DNA of 64,000 nucleotides from Myxococcales bacterium. Its GTDB lineage: Bacteria > Myxococcota_A > UBA9042. The notes below the pieces were generated by a model that saw only the letters and a list, made by a program, of their open reading frames with translations, was not told where the DNA came from and did not search any database. The position numbers were made by a program, and so were the translations under genes. Positions 1 through 9,388 of the stretch are shown here, in pieces. Position 1 is the first letter of the stretch. Each line of letters begins with the position of its first letter. The DNA is taken from contig JBBISH010000017.1 in assembly GCA_037441385.1 (NCBI GenBank), positions 1 to 64,000 of the forward strand, given 5' to 3'.

Positions 1-14
1 TGCTCTTCCGATCT
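1..14 (+). other. Illumina TruSeq adapter remnant (assembly artefact)
   Basis: TGCTCTTCCGATCT is identical to the 3' end of the TruSeq read-2 adapter/primer (…GTGTGCTCTTCCGATCT) and lies at position 1. Confidence 0.85.
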
Positions 15-1151
15 CTTGTCGCCGTCTTTGTCCTTGTAGAAGACCTTGCAGCCTTTGGCGCCCGACTCGTCGGTCTGGCCGTTGCAGTCGTTGTCTTGGT
101 TGTCGCAGATCTCTTGGGCGCCGGGCTTGATCGCCGTCACCAGGTCGTTGCAGTCGCCGCCTTGGGATGCGTAGCCGGGGCCGGGATCGTGGCACAAGCA
201 CTGACCTTCGCCGATGCCAAAGCCGTCGCCGTCGGTGTCGGGATAGAACGGCACGCAGTCGATCGCGCCGTCGTCGTCGGTCTGGCCGTTGCAGTCGTTG
301 TCGACTTCGTCGCAGATCTCGGCCTCGGGCTGGGGCACGTCGCACAAGGTCAGGCCTTCGGCCGTGCAGACGCGCGGTGCGCTGCATGTGCCAAAGTCAT
401 TGGATTTGCTGCACAATGTCGAGGCGCCAGTGCTGATCCACGCGGGCAGGCACGAACAGTCGCCCGCGTCGGGCATGCACTGCTTCACGGTGCCCTCTAC
501 ACCCGGGATGGCTACGTCCTTGCACGAAAAACCGCTCTTGCAGTCTTTGTTTTCTGAGCAGCCGGTGCCACAAAACGAACCATTGACGAAGCCGGAACCG
601 TCGTCGTGGGGCACGCACAGCGAGTCGCCGACTTTCTGCCCCGAACTGGCGCAATCGTCGTGGGATTTGCAGGGTTTGCACAGGTTGGTGTACTGCGGCA
701 CGCACACATAGGTCAGGTCCGTGCCGGGCGCTTGCGTGCACTTCCAGTCTTTGGGGCAGCTCGAGGTGCAGGTCCGGGTGCAGACCTTGCCTGTCTCGGA
801 CTCGACGCACCAGCCACTGTCGCAGTCTGCGTTGGTCTCGCACGTGCAGCCCCAGCCTTTGTCCTTGGTGACGCCGTCCGCCTGTTGGGTCGTTTCGGGC
901 AGGACCAGCACGTCGTCGACTGCGTCGTCGGCGTTGCCGAGATCGTCGCTGCCGGAGCCGTCGGGGCTCAACACGTCGGCCTTGGTCACGGTGGGGGTCG
1001 GGGTCGGATTCGAGCTGCACGCCGCCAGCCCGATCGCCAGAGCCAGCGCCACCGCCAGCCGGGATCCGCCCAAGCCCCATGCGCTCAGTCGCAAGCTCGT
1101 TCGCCTGGCTACGAGAGCATGTTCAGTAGTTCTACTAGGTTCGTGCCTCAT
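15..1151 (-). CDS. Cys-rich lipoprotein with MopE-type putative metal-binding repeats (3' truncated at window edge)
   Basis: Absent from the ORF track because it has no stop; read by hand from ATG 1151. Lipobox LAAC, Asp-rich linker, Cys-rich region, and EICDxxDNDCNGQTD repeats with YPDTDGDGFG. Confidence 0.85.
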
Positions 1152-1262
1152 CGTTGCCCTGCGACCTTGCGCCCATAGCTGCATCGTGCCGTGTTCCGCG
1201 CGATCGTGCAAACTCGTGACGAATTGCCCGGTGGATCAACCCCCATCGGGCAGCTTTGGCCG

Positions 1263-4200
1263 CTACTGCAGCGCCGCATCGATGGCCGTAAAACCGCCCG
1301 ATCGAACCAGTTTGTTGACCTTGAGGCCGATCTTGGCCCCCGCGGGCAGGCCCGGCAGCAGGCCGCCCAGATCCAGCGACGGCAAGTCCAGGGCAATCTT
1401 GTCCAGACCCGGAAGACCTTTGCTCAGTTGGTCGGTCAAGAGCTTGGTGATCAGGTCTTCAAAGACCTTCTTGCTCGCTTCGTAGCTCTTAGTAATGCTG
1501 AACAATTCCAGCTGGTATTCGATCTTGGGATCGATCGTGACGGCCAGTTGCTGCTTGCCGTCGGCCGCCGTGTTCATCGCGATGGTGGCACCCAGATCCA
1601 GGCTGGCAAACAGGCCCAGCGACAGGGGATTGCCCAGCGGCAGATTGGCCTGTGCGTAAACATCGCCCACCTGAATGCGCACTTGGCTGGGGTCCGGTTG
1701 GCCGCAACTTTCTAGAATCGGCTGCAAGAACAGATCCAGGTCCAAGGTGGCGCCGTCCAGCGGGAACGGACTGCCGGTGGCACCGGAGCCGGCCAGTTGC
1801 TTCAGGTCGATCTTGTCGATCTTGAGCGCGCCCGAGTACCAAACCGCGTACAGCAGCTGGTTGATGACGTCGTCATGGATCGCGAGCTGCATCCGCTGGG
1901 TCTTGTCGATGGCGAATTTGTCCTCGACCGTGCCGATGCAGCCCGAGCGCGCAATCGCACCCAGCACCGTGTGGGTCGTCCCCTTGGGCGCAGCAAAGCC
2001 CATGTCCAGCAGGACCAGCCCGCCAATACCCGAGAATTGCAGAGTTTGTAGCTTGCTGACCAGCTGGATCGACGCCGGCGGCTGGCCCGGCACCAGCGAG
2101 GGCAGGGCGATCGCCTGGTTGATGGCGAACTGATTCAGCAGGCCGCCGACCAGCTTGGGCACTTGATCGTTGATCGCCTTGACGAATTGGTCGGTGATCT
2201 GGCCCTTGAAGGCGTCCAGCAAGATGTTCCACAAGAAGTCGAACAGCCCGCCGATGCCGTCGACGTGCAGCTTCATGTCCTCTAGAACCACAGAACTCTT
2301 GGTGATCTTGGTGCTCACCTGGCCGTTCAGCACTTCCATGCCCAGGCCCAGATCCACCTTCAACTTGCCGATCTTGATGTCGCCAGACACCTTGAGGGTC
2401 ACGCTGATTGGCCCCAGCTTCTGCGTGGCCTTGACCGCCAAATCCGTCTTCAAGTTCAGGATCTCGACCTGCATGTTCATGCCGCCGTCGACCGGCTGCA
2501 GGTTGATCTTGGGCTTGCCCATCGAGATGTTGCTGAGCGTGACGTCGACGCCGCCCGACGACAGACCGCCCGGCGGCAGCAGCGAATTGATGTCCAACCC
2601 GCCGATCGCCACCTCGAGCAGCGTCGCCAGATCGTCGGGATGCTGCGGATCATGGACGCCATCGTCAAAAAAGTCCTTGCCCAAGAACACTTGTAGTCCG
2701 GACTTGACCAGCGCCGCGTCGGGTTTGGCGCCGTCGACGGGGTAGTACGCGCCCGAGTAATAGAACCCGCGCGTCGCCTTGGATTTCTGGTCGCCCAGGT
2801 CGGTCAGCTCGGCTTGCAGCCGGTTCAAGCCGTGTTTGGCCCCATACTGCGCCGTCCAGGTGCCAATCGTGCACAGGCCGTTTTCGGGATTGCAGACGCC
2901 GGCGCCGCAGTCCTTGTCGGTCTGGCAGGCGGGCTGCTGCGGGTACACCGGTTTGGTGTTCAAGGTCAGCGACTTGACGCCCGAGGTCGCGTCGCCCGCC
3001 GTACCCTTGACCGGCACCGAGGCCTTGCCTTCGAGCGTGCTGCCCCACGGGGGATAATCGATGGTCAACTGCGGCGGCGTACCATCGACAATCAGATCAT
3101 AATTCTCTTGCAGGTTGGGGGCTTGATCCACCTTGAAGAGCAGCTTGTAGGTCCCATCCTTGCTGGCGCTGACGGTCTTGCCATCCTTGACCGTATAGCC
3201 CGCCGCGGGCGCGAGCACGGTCAGCGTCACCGTCGCGTCCGGGATGAGGTTGTCAAAGGCGTCGCGAACGGCCGATTCAAACGTGACTTTCTCGCTCTGC
3301 TTGTAGACCACCTTCTTGGGGACGGGCAGCACCGTCAAGGTCGCCGGCGGCCCCGGCTGCACCACCAGCGTCGCCGGGTGCAAGGTGAACAGATCCCAGG
3401 CCAACGACTCTGGAACACACTGGATCTTGTGGCTGCCCGCCTTGGTCGAGGTGGCGTAGAGGCCCTTGATGGTCACGGCCGGCGGATAGTCCAAGGCAAA
3501 CGGAAAATCGGCGACCAGGTTGCCGTAGGCGTCGTCGGCGACACACGACAGCGACGCGGCATTGCCGGCCTGGATCTTGTCGGGCTCCAGCAGGGTGAAC
3601 AGGTGCCGCGGCACGTCGGCGACCACCTTCAGTTGCACGGGCGTCGCGTCGACCAACCCCTTGTTCGCGCAAGCGACCGCGAGCGGCCCTGCCGTCGTTG
3701 CCGCGAGCACCAACCCCGACGGCGGCGTGGGCTGGGCTGGGCTGGCAATCAGCGAAAACCCTTGGCTAATCGCGTTGCCCAGGGCGTCGACCGCGCTGCA
3801 GCCAAACGCGAGCATACTGCCGGCAGTCACCTGGTCCGGCGGCGGCGTCTGCGGAGGTTGCCCATAGAATCCAATAAGTTGCGTGTCGATGCTCACCGGT
3901 GTGCCGGGCACCACATACAGCGTGGCCGGGCTATCATCCGCTTTGTTCAGACTGGGGATGCGGCACGCCACTTGGTAGGCGCCGACCAGGCCGAATGTCA
4001 CATGGCTGGCTTCGACCTTGAGCGGCGCCGCCGGACCGCTGACTTCGACGGTCACTGTGCCTGGCAAGTCGATCTCGGCGCCCAATTCTCCGCCGGGCTG
4101 GGCCGGTGCCATGAACGCGCGACACTGCACGGTGAACACCGTGCCTGCGACGGCCTCGCCCGGGCTCACGTCGGTTTCGAGCACCCAGGCTGACGGGCTG

Positions 4201-4319
4201 AGCGTGTCGTTTGTGCCCGCGTCTTGGCTGTTGGCCGCGCTGCCCGAGTCGGAGCAGCCCGCCAGGGCCACCGCGAGCGCCAAGGCCAGGCCAATCCGAA
4301 TTGCCGCTGTTCGAGTCAT
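1263..4319 (-). CDS. Large lipoprotein: tandem Ig-like domains plus C-terminal BPI/LBP/CETP-like region
   Basis: Long ORF with lipobox LAGC. Repeated beta-rich units with DAxGN/DAFDN motifs. C-terminal pattern resembles BPI (see findings). Confidence 0.85.
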   Translation of the reverse strand: MTRTAAIRIGLALALAVALAGCSDSGSAANSQDAGTNDTLSPSAWVLETDVSPGEAVAGTVFTVQCRAFMAPAQPGGELGAEIDLPGTVTVEVSGPAAPLKVEASHVTFGLVGAYQVACRIPSLNKADDSPATLYVVPGTPVSIDTQLIGFYGQPPQTPPPDQVTAGSMLAFGCSAVDALGNAISQGFSLIASPAQPTPPSGLVLAATTAGPLAVACANKGLVDATPVQLKVVADVPRHLFTLLEPDKIQAGNAASLSCVADDAYGNLVADFPFALDYPPAVTIKGLYATSTKAGSHKIQCVPESLAWDLFTLHPATLVVQPGPPATLTVLPVPKKVVYKQSEKVTFESAVRDAFDNLIPDATVTLTVLAPAAGYTVKDGKTVSASKDGTYKLLFKVDQAPNLQENYDLIVDGTPPQLTIDYPPWGSTLEGKASVPVKGTAGDATSGVKSLTLNTKPVYPQQPACQTDKDCGAGVCNPENGLCTIGTWTAQYGAKHGLNRLQAELTDLGDQKSKATRGFYYSGAYYPVDGAKPDAALVKSGLQVFLGKDFFDDGVHDPQHPDDLATLLEVAIGGLDINSLLPPGGLSSGGVDVTLSNISMGKPKINLQPVDGGMNMQVEILNLKTDLAVKATQKLGPISVTLKVSGDIKIGKLKVDLGLGMEVLNGQVSTKITKSSVVLEDMKLHVDGIGGLFDFLWNILLDAFKGQITDQFVKAINDQVPKLVGGLLNQFAINQAIALPSLVPGQPPASIQLVSKLQTLQFSGIGGLVLLDMGFAAPKGTTHTVLGAIARSGCIGTVEDKFAIDKTQRMQLAIHDDVINQLLYAVWYSGALKIDKIDLKQLAGSGATGSPFPLDGATLDLDLFLQPILESCGQPDPSQVRIQVGDVYAQANLPLGNPLSLGLFASLDLGATIAMNTAADGKQQLAVTIDPKIEYQLELFSITKSYEASKKVFEDLITKLLTDQLSKGLPGLDKIALDLPSLDLGGLLPGLPAGAKIGLKVNKLVRSGGFTAIDAALQ

Positions 4320-4437
4320 GCTGAGCACTCCCGCGGGGTTGCCATAGCCAAGCCGCGCCCTACAGCCTAACAGGGCGCCCGCGCGGCCGCCACGGCTGTT
4401 TGGCTAGCTGGGGGGACACACGCCGCGGCGATGGGGT

Positions 4438-5304
4438 TCAACCGCCCCGGCCGCCTCGCAATTCGATGGTGAAGCCCCGCGAGTTGATCTCTTCCAGGAT
4501 GTGCGGCGGCGGCTCGGGCAGGTTGCGCGTCCCCGACTTGTAGCCGGCCATCAGCGCCCGCACCGCACCGTCAAAGGCGTCGTTGCCGCTCTGCTTGTCA
4601 AACCGCCACTCCAGGATGCCGCCCGTCGCAGTCATACGCGTGATGCGCACCTTGGCGACCAGATCCGCGGCCTCCCATGGCGGCACCGTGGCCGGCAGCA
4701 CAAACGCCCGCGTGACCGCGACCTTCACCTCGCGGACATAGGCCGATCCAGGCATGTTGACCTTGCCTTCGCCGCCTTCCTTGCCGTCTGGCCGACCCAA
4801 GATGTCGCCCAGCTTCTTCTGCTTTTGCTCGGCCGTCTGGTCCTTCTTGTCCAGCACGTCGCTCAGCTTGTTCTCGCCGATCGCCTCGGCCAGCTTGGGC
4901 TTGGGCGGCTCCACCTTGGCCGGCTCGGGTTTTGCTAGCAGCTTGCCGTTCTCGTCGCCCAGAGCGGCCACCAACTCGGCCTGCAGCAGGTCCACAGCCA
5001 CCGGCGGGGGAGGCTCCAGTTCGCGGCGCAGCAACCGCCGCACGGGCTCGGGGCAGCGGCGATCGCCGGGCTTCTTTTCTGGCCGGCGCAGCTCCACCGT
5101 CACCTGCTGCGGTGCCAACCCGATGCAAGCCGTGGTGACCACAGCGGAACAGTTCTGCACGTCTGGATCGGCCTCGGCCTTGGGCGCACCGCTCTCGCCG
5201 GCCGGCGCCAGGTACAGCCCCAGGCCCAAGCCCACGTGCACCAGCGCGGCCACCACCGAGCCGACGCCGACATCCAGGCGCGAAATGCCCACGTGGCCGC
5301 TCAT
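4438..5304 (-). CDS. TolA/TonB-family energy transducer
   Basis: N-terminal TM with conserved His (AALVHVGL), Pro/Lys-rich linker, TonB_2-like C-terminus (QSGNDAFDGAV). Follows tolR/exbD. Confidence 0.8.
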   Translation of the reverse strand: MSGHVGISRLDVGVGSVVAALVHVGLGLGLYLAPAGESGAPKAEADPDVQNCSAVVTTACIGLAPQQVTVELRRPEKKPGDRRCPEPVRRLLRRELEPPPPVAVDLLQAELVAALGDENGKLLAKPEPAKVEPPKPKLAEAIGENKLSDVLDKKDQTAEQKQKKLGDILGRPDGKEGGEGKVNMPGSAYVREVKVAVTRAFVLPATVPPWEAADLVAKVRITRMTATGGILEWRFDKQSGNDAFDGAVRALMAGYKSGTRNLPEPPPHILEEINSRGFTIELRGGRGG

Positions 5305-5307
5305 CGC

Positions 5308-5856
5308 CTACTTCCCCGGATCTTCCGAGATCAGGCCAAAGTGCTCGATGCCTGCCCGACGCATGCGCGACATCAACGCCAGCACCAGCCCGTAGTCCAG
5401 GTGCCGATCGGCGCGCAGGTTGGCGTCGCGAATGCCGTGTCCCTTGGGGCTCTTGGCTAGCGCCGCCTCAAAGCCGTCCAGGCACTGATCCACGGTCTTT
5501 GGCTTGCAGTCGATCAGCAAGTCCTTGTCGACATAGATCTTGCGCTCGGCGTCAAAGCTGATGATCGTCTTGTTGTTCTTGCCGGCCAGGTTGATCTTGT
5601 CGGCGGTGACGCGCGGCAGATCCACCGGGACTTGGTTCTCTTCAGAGACCAGCTTGGCCGCGGCCTCTTCGGTCGCTACCTGCCGCAACGTCTCGGCTTC
5701 TCGCGAGATTCGCGCCGTTTCGACCGCGCTGGCGACCATGAAGATCACCAGCAGCACCAGCATCACGTCGACCAGCGGCGTCACGTTGATCTCGGACAGG
5801 CTGGCCTGAGCGATCCGCCCGCGCCCGCCGCCGCCTTTTGCCGCACTCATTCCCAT
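5308..5856 (-). CDS. tolR: ExbD/TolR family protein
   Basis: SEINVTPLVDVMLVLLVIFMV and LRADRHLDYG motifs. Confidence 0.9.
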   Translation of the reverse strand: MGMSAAKGGGGRGRIAQASLSEINVTPLVDVMLVLLVIFMVASAVETARISREAETLRQVATEEAAAKLVSEENQVPVDLPRVTADKINLAGKNNKTIISFDAERKIYVDKDLLIDCKPKTVDQCLDGFEAALAKSPKGHGIRDANLRADRHLDYGLVLALMSRMRRAGIEHFGLISEDPGK

Positions 5857-5883
5857 GCCGTGCTCCGTCCCTTGCGAAGGGGC

Positions 5884-6603
5884 CTATTCCTTGCTGCGCA
5901 AGTAGCGCCGCCGCACCAAGATCAGCAGCTCGTGGCCAAAACCGTCCAGATCGGTTACCAGCCGGCGGATCACCCGGCCCAGGCTGTTGTACGCCATCGA
6001 CGCCGGAATCGCCGCCAGCAAGCCAACCGCAGTCGCAATCAGGGCTTGCGCGATGTGCGGCGCCACGGTCTGCAAGATGGTGCCGGTATCGGCCAGGCCG
6101 CCAAAGGCGCCCATGATGCCCCACACCGTGCCGAACAGACCGATGAACGGCGCCACCGTGGCCGTGGTGGCCAGCAGCTGCATGCCGGATTCGAGTTCTT
6201 CCACAAGGGGTTCCGAGACGCGCCGCATCGCCCGCTCGATGGTGTCCAGGTCGTCCTCACGCAGGGGCCCGGTCGCTTCGAGCTGCGCCATCTCTTTCAA
6301 GACGGCGGCGAGCAGGCGCGTGTGGGGCAAGCTCACGTATTTCTTGGCCAACTGCTCGGCCACCACGCTCAGATCGCTCTGCTTGACCAGTTCGCTGAAC
6401 TGGGTGCGAAACACCGCGACTTCCTTGCGCAACGTCCGCAGCGCAAACGCGCGACTACCGATCACTACCCAACTGGCGATCGAGAGCACCACCAGCGCGA
6501 CCAGGACCAACAGCACCATGCCGCGCGATTGGATGGCCGCGGTCATCGGATCCATCTCGACTTGCGCGAGCAACGTTAGATTCATCAAGGAATTCATAAT
6601 CAC
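5884..6603 (-). CDS. tolQ: MotA/TolQ/ExbB proton channel protein
   Basis: APFIGLFGTVWGIM and IAQALIATAVGLLAAIPA motifs. Exact start uncertain. Confidence 0.92.
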   Translation of the reverse strand: MIMNSLMNLTLLAQVEMDPMTAAIQSRGMVLLVLVALVVLSIASWVVIGSRAFALRTLRKEVAVFRTQFSELVKQSDLSVVAEQLAKKYVSLPHTRLLAAVLKEMAQLEATGPLREDDLDTIERAMRRVSEPLVEELESGMQLLATTATVAPFIGLFGTVWGIMGAFGGLADTGTILQTVAPHIAQALIATAVGLLAAIPASMAYNSLGRVIRRLVTDLDGFGHELLILVRRRYLRSKE

Positions 6604-6681
6604 GTGATCGGCGAACGTGTCGTCCGCGCCTATGCAGCCGCAGAGTAGACGACGCGATCCGCACCTGCAACCATGGTCCGG

Positions 6682-7368
6682 TCAGCCGAGCAAAAATGCC
6701 AGAATTCCAGGATCCTCCATGCTCGTGACCGCCAAGTCCGCTCCGGCGGCCGCCAATTCCTCGCGTGTGGCCGAGCCGGTCGCGACCGCCAGGCTGACAA
6801 AGCCGTTGACCGCAGCCGCGCGGATGTCAAACAGCGTGTCCCCCACCACCACGACTCGGCATTCGGCTAGCGGCCGCCCCAAGGCGCGGGCTCCCCGCTC
6901 GGCCCCAATGCGAATCAGCTCGCCGCGGTCCTCTGCATCGCAGCCGAATCCGCCAAAATGCGTTTCATTCCAAAGGCCCGCGTGGCCAAGCTTCAAGGCG
7001 GCGCCGCGGCGGACGTTGCCTGTACCCAGCCCGACCGCCACATGATCGTGCTTGCGCAAGGCCGCGATCAGCTGGTGACCGCCCGCCAAGATGCGAAAAC
7101 GCGTCGACTTCGCCAGTTCGTCCGGCAGGGCCAGCAGGTACGACTCAAGCAACTGGTCCAGCAGCTCGGGTCGATCCGGCCTTCCCGCCGTCAGGCAGGC
7201 CCGGCGCACGATGGCGCGATCGGTCATGCCGGCCATCGAGAAACCGGAGCAAGCCTCTGGCATGCCAAGGATTTCGCCGCAGGCGCGCTCCATGGCCCGC
7301 CGCCCGGCACCGCCCGACAGCAACAGCGTACCGTCCACGTCGAACAAGATGACCGTAGGTTGCGCCAT
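6682..7368 (-). CDS. HAD-superfamily hydrolase (phosphoglycolate phosphatase-like)
   Basis: FDVDGTLL motif I, GTGN motif II, VVVGDTLFDI motif IV. Confidence 0.9.
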   Translation of the reverse strand: MAQPTVILFDVDGTLLLSGGAGRRAMERACGEILGMPEACSGFSMAGMTDRAIVRRACLTAGRPDRPELLDQLLESYLLALPDELAKSTRFRILAGGHQLIAALRKHDHVAVGLGTGNVRRGAALKLGHAGLWNETHFGGFGCDAEDRGELIRIGAERGARALGRPLAECRVVVVGDTLFDIRAAAVNGFVSLAVATGSATREELAAAGADLAVTSMEDPGILAFLLG

Positions 7369-7420
7369 GCTGCGATGCTACCTGGGGTTGGCAAACGGCA
7401 CCAGTGCGCTGCAGTCCCCC

Positions 7421-7696
7421 GATCCGCCGCTTTGGGCGCAACTCGGCGTTGCTGCGTCGCTACTCTCCCTGCGGCGACCGCTAGGTCGCCTCATACGAAC
7501 CCCGTCTGATTCACGCCTGTACGGTTCCTCTGACCCGGTCTGCAACCGGCGAGAATCAGGCGGGGACCCCGGTTCGGGCCCGAAGAATTGCCGAAGCTTT
7601 CGAGCCGATTTGGACGGAAACCGTATCAGTCGCTCCGCTCCTTGGGCCTTGATTTGCATCCCAAATCGGCGGCCGGGGCGAATTTCGGTGGTGGAT
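7421..7696. repeat. Repeat family A (141-bp palindromic element), copy 1, interrupted by element B
   Basis: Near-identical to 60334-60474 once 7494-7628 is removed. Ends GATCCGCC…GGTGGAT form an imperfect inverted repeat. Confidence 0.9.
7494..7625 (+). mobile_element. Element B (132-bp MITE-like palindromic element), copy 1, with TCA target duplication
   Basis: TACG…CGTA ends, flanked by TCA at 7491-7493 and 7626-7628. The empty site is visible in repeat A copy 2. Confidence 0.85.
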
Positions 7697-7713
7697 CCTG
7701 GAGTCGCGCTGCG

Positions 7714-9189
7714 TCAGCATGGGCAGTCAAAATCGGGGATGTCGACCTCGAACACCGGGCGCACCGTGGGACCGACTTCGCGCCAGATTTGGGTCGGGCC
7801 GATCCACTCGAAGTGGCCGTCGCCATCGACATCGGCCGCGGCCGCGGGCCACTGCAGCTCTACGCCGCGCTCTGGGCTTTGCAGCTGCAGGGCGAACTTG
7901 CCATCACTGCTGGACTTGGCGGTAAACAAACCGATGATCTCGCCAAAGAAATCGCCACAGCCAGCGCCGGCTCGCGCGCGCACCAGCGCCCACTGCTTGC
8001 CCTGGCCCGAAAACGCGACCACCTCGGCCTTGGCGTTGTCGTACAGGTCCCAGTACACCGGCCGCGGCGCGGGCACGCTGCTCAGATACTCCTTGGCGAT
8101 CCGCTGGTAGCTGGGTAGGACGCGCAGGGCATCCAGTGCAGATTCGCGGAGTTGCCCCCCCGGCATCTCGGCGCGCGCCAGCAAGACAGGCGGCGGCAAG
8201 TTCGAGGCGCGGCCCCAAAGAGCGCCCAAGCAGCGCCCTCGCGTCGCCGCGATGTGGACGGCGCGCTGGGCCGCCGGGGCGGCCTGGTCCCAGATCTCGG
8301 TGGCGATCGCCCGATCGCGCATGGGTTGGCTACTTTCGCCGCCCTGCCACTGCTCGCGCTGGCCAAAATGCGGCCGCATGCGCACCAGCAGTCCGGCCTC
8401 GTCAGCCTGGCCGCGGCACATCTCGCCCTGCGGTCCGTACAGCACCACATCCCGCTGAATCCACTCCGATCCGCGCGGCAGCGGCAACGAGCGCCAGGCG
8501 GCAGCAACGGCGTCGCGGCTCAGCAGCTGTGGTGGTGCAGTCGGCGTGGCCGGCTCGGGCGGACCGATCACCAGCCACGCGCCCGACTCCGTCGTAAAAG
8601 CCAAGGCCAGCTCGGTCGATTTGGGCGGCGTGCCGATGTCCGCCCCGGCCTGCAGCGTCGACGCCAGCATTTCTTCACGGGCGATGCGCAGTTTGTCGCC
8701 CTCGCGCACCAGCAGCAGCCGCTTGGGACCCTCGTCCGCAAAGGTACCTGTGGCGAATTTCTGGACAAAATCCACCTGTGTCAGCTGCGCGTTCAGCCGC
8801 GCCACCGCCGGGCCGATCGACACCTGCATGATCTTGGCAAACATCACCTTGCGGTCGGCCATCCAGTGGGCGCGATCCAGGCGTTTGACCACCGCACCCG
8901 TACGGCGCACCCCGGTCATGCGCGCGGCATAGAGCGACTGGTAGTCGGCGAATCGCCCTTGGTTTTGCGTAGCCAGCCATTCGCCCAGCAACGCGTCCAC
9001 CTCGGCCTGCGTTGGCGTGGACGGGCCCGGCGGGTCCACGGCGATCGGGGCATTGGCGTCCGCGGCAGCGGCCGGCGCGGCGGGCTGGGGCGTCGGCTGC
9101 GGTGCCGGCGTCGGCGCCGGGGTCTTGCCACAGCCGGCCAGCACGGCGGCCAAGGCCAACGTCGCCATCACTTGGGGGAGCACGCGCAT
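7714..9189 (-). CDS. Lipoprotein with NTF2-like (Cds6-type) domain
   Basis: Lipobox LAGC, Pro/Ala linker, NTF2-like segment (…FADYQSLYA…W…K…FVQKF…GPKRLLL…IAREE), C-terminal DVDGDG and DCPC. Confidence 0.7.
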   Translation of the reverse strand: MRVLPQVMATLALAAVLAGCGKTPAPTPAPQPTPQPAAPAAAADANAPIAVDPPGPSTPTQAEVDALLGEWLATQNQGRFADYQSLYAARMTGVRRTGAVVKRLDRAHWMADRKVMFAKIMQVSIGPAVARLNAQLTQVDFVQKFATGTFADEGPKRLLLVREGDKLRIAREEMLASTLQAGADIGTPPKSTELALAFTTESGAWLVIGPPEPATPTAPPQLLSRDAVAAAWRSLPLPRGSEWIQRDVVLYGPQGEMCRGQADEAGLLVRMRPHFGQREQWQGGESSQPMRDRAIATEIWDQAAPAAQRAVHIAATRGRCLGALWGRASNLPPPVLLARAEMPGGQLRESALDALRVLPSYQRIAKEYLSSVPAPRPVYWDLYDNAKAEVVAFSGQGKQWALVRARAGAGCGDFFGEIIGLFTAKSSSDGKFALQLQSPERGVELQWPAAAADVDGDGHFEWIGPTQIWREVGPTVRPVFEVDIPDFDCPC

Positions 9190-9340
9190 CACAGCCTCGC
9201 CGGGGTGGACCGACCGCAATGTGCCACAAGCGCTGGATGGTCACCAGCCGACGCCTTGGGGTGGCGGTCCCGTCGTGGCGGCAGGACCCTGCCGGTGTCG
9301 CCGTGTTGAGGCGGGGCGGTTCCTTTTCCGCGCGGCCCCG

Positions 9341-9365
9341 TGAATAATCGGCGTTGGTGCGCGTT
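9341..9365 (+). promoter_or_regulatory. Candidate ECF-type autoregulatory promoter
   Basis: TGAAT-N16-CGTT about 25 nt upstream of the ECF sigma start. Pattern match only. Confidence 0.35.
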
Positions 9366-9388
9366 GCCCTTGTTGGGAGTCTGGGTCT

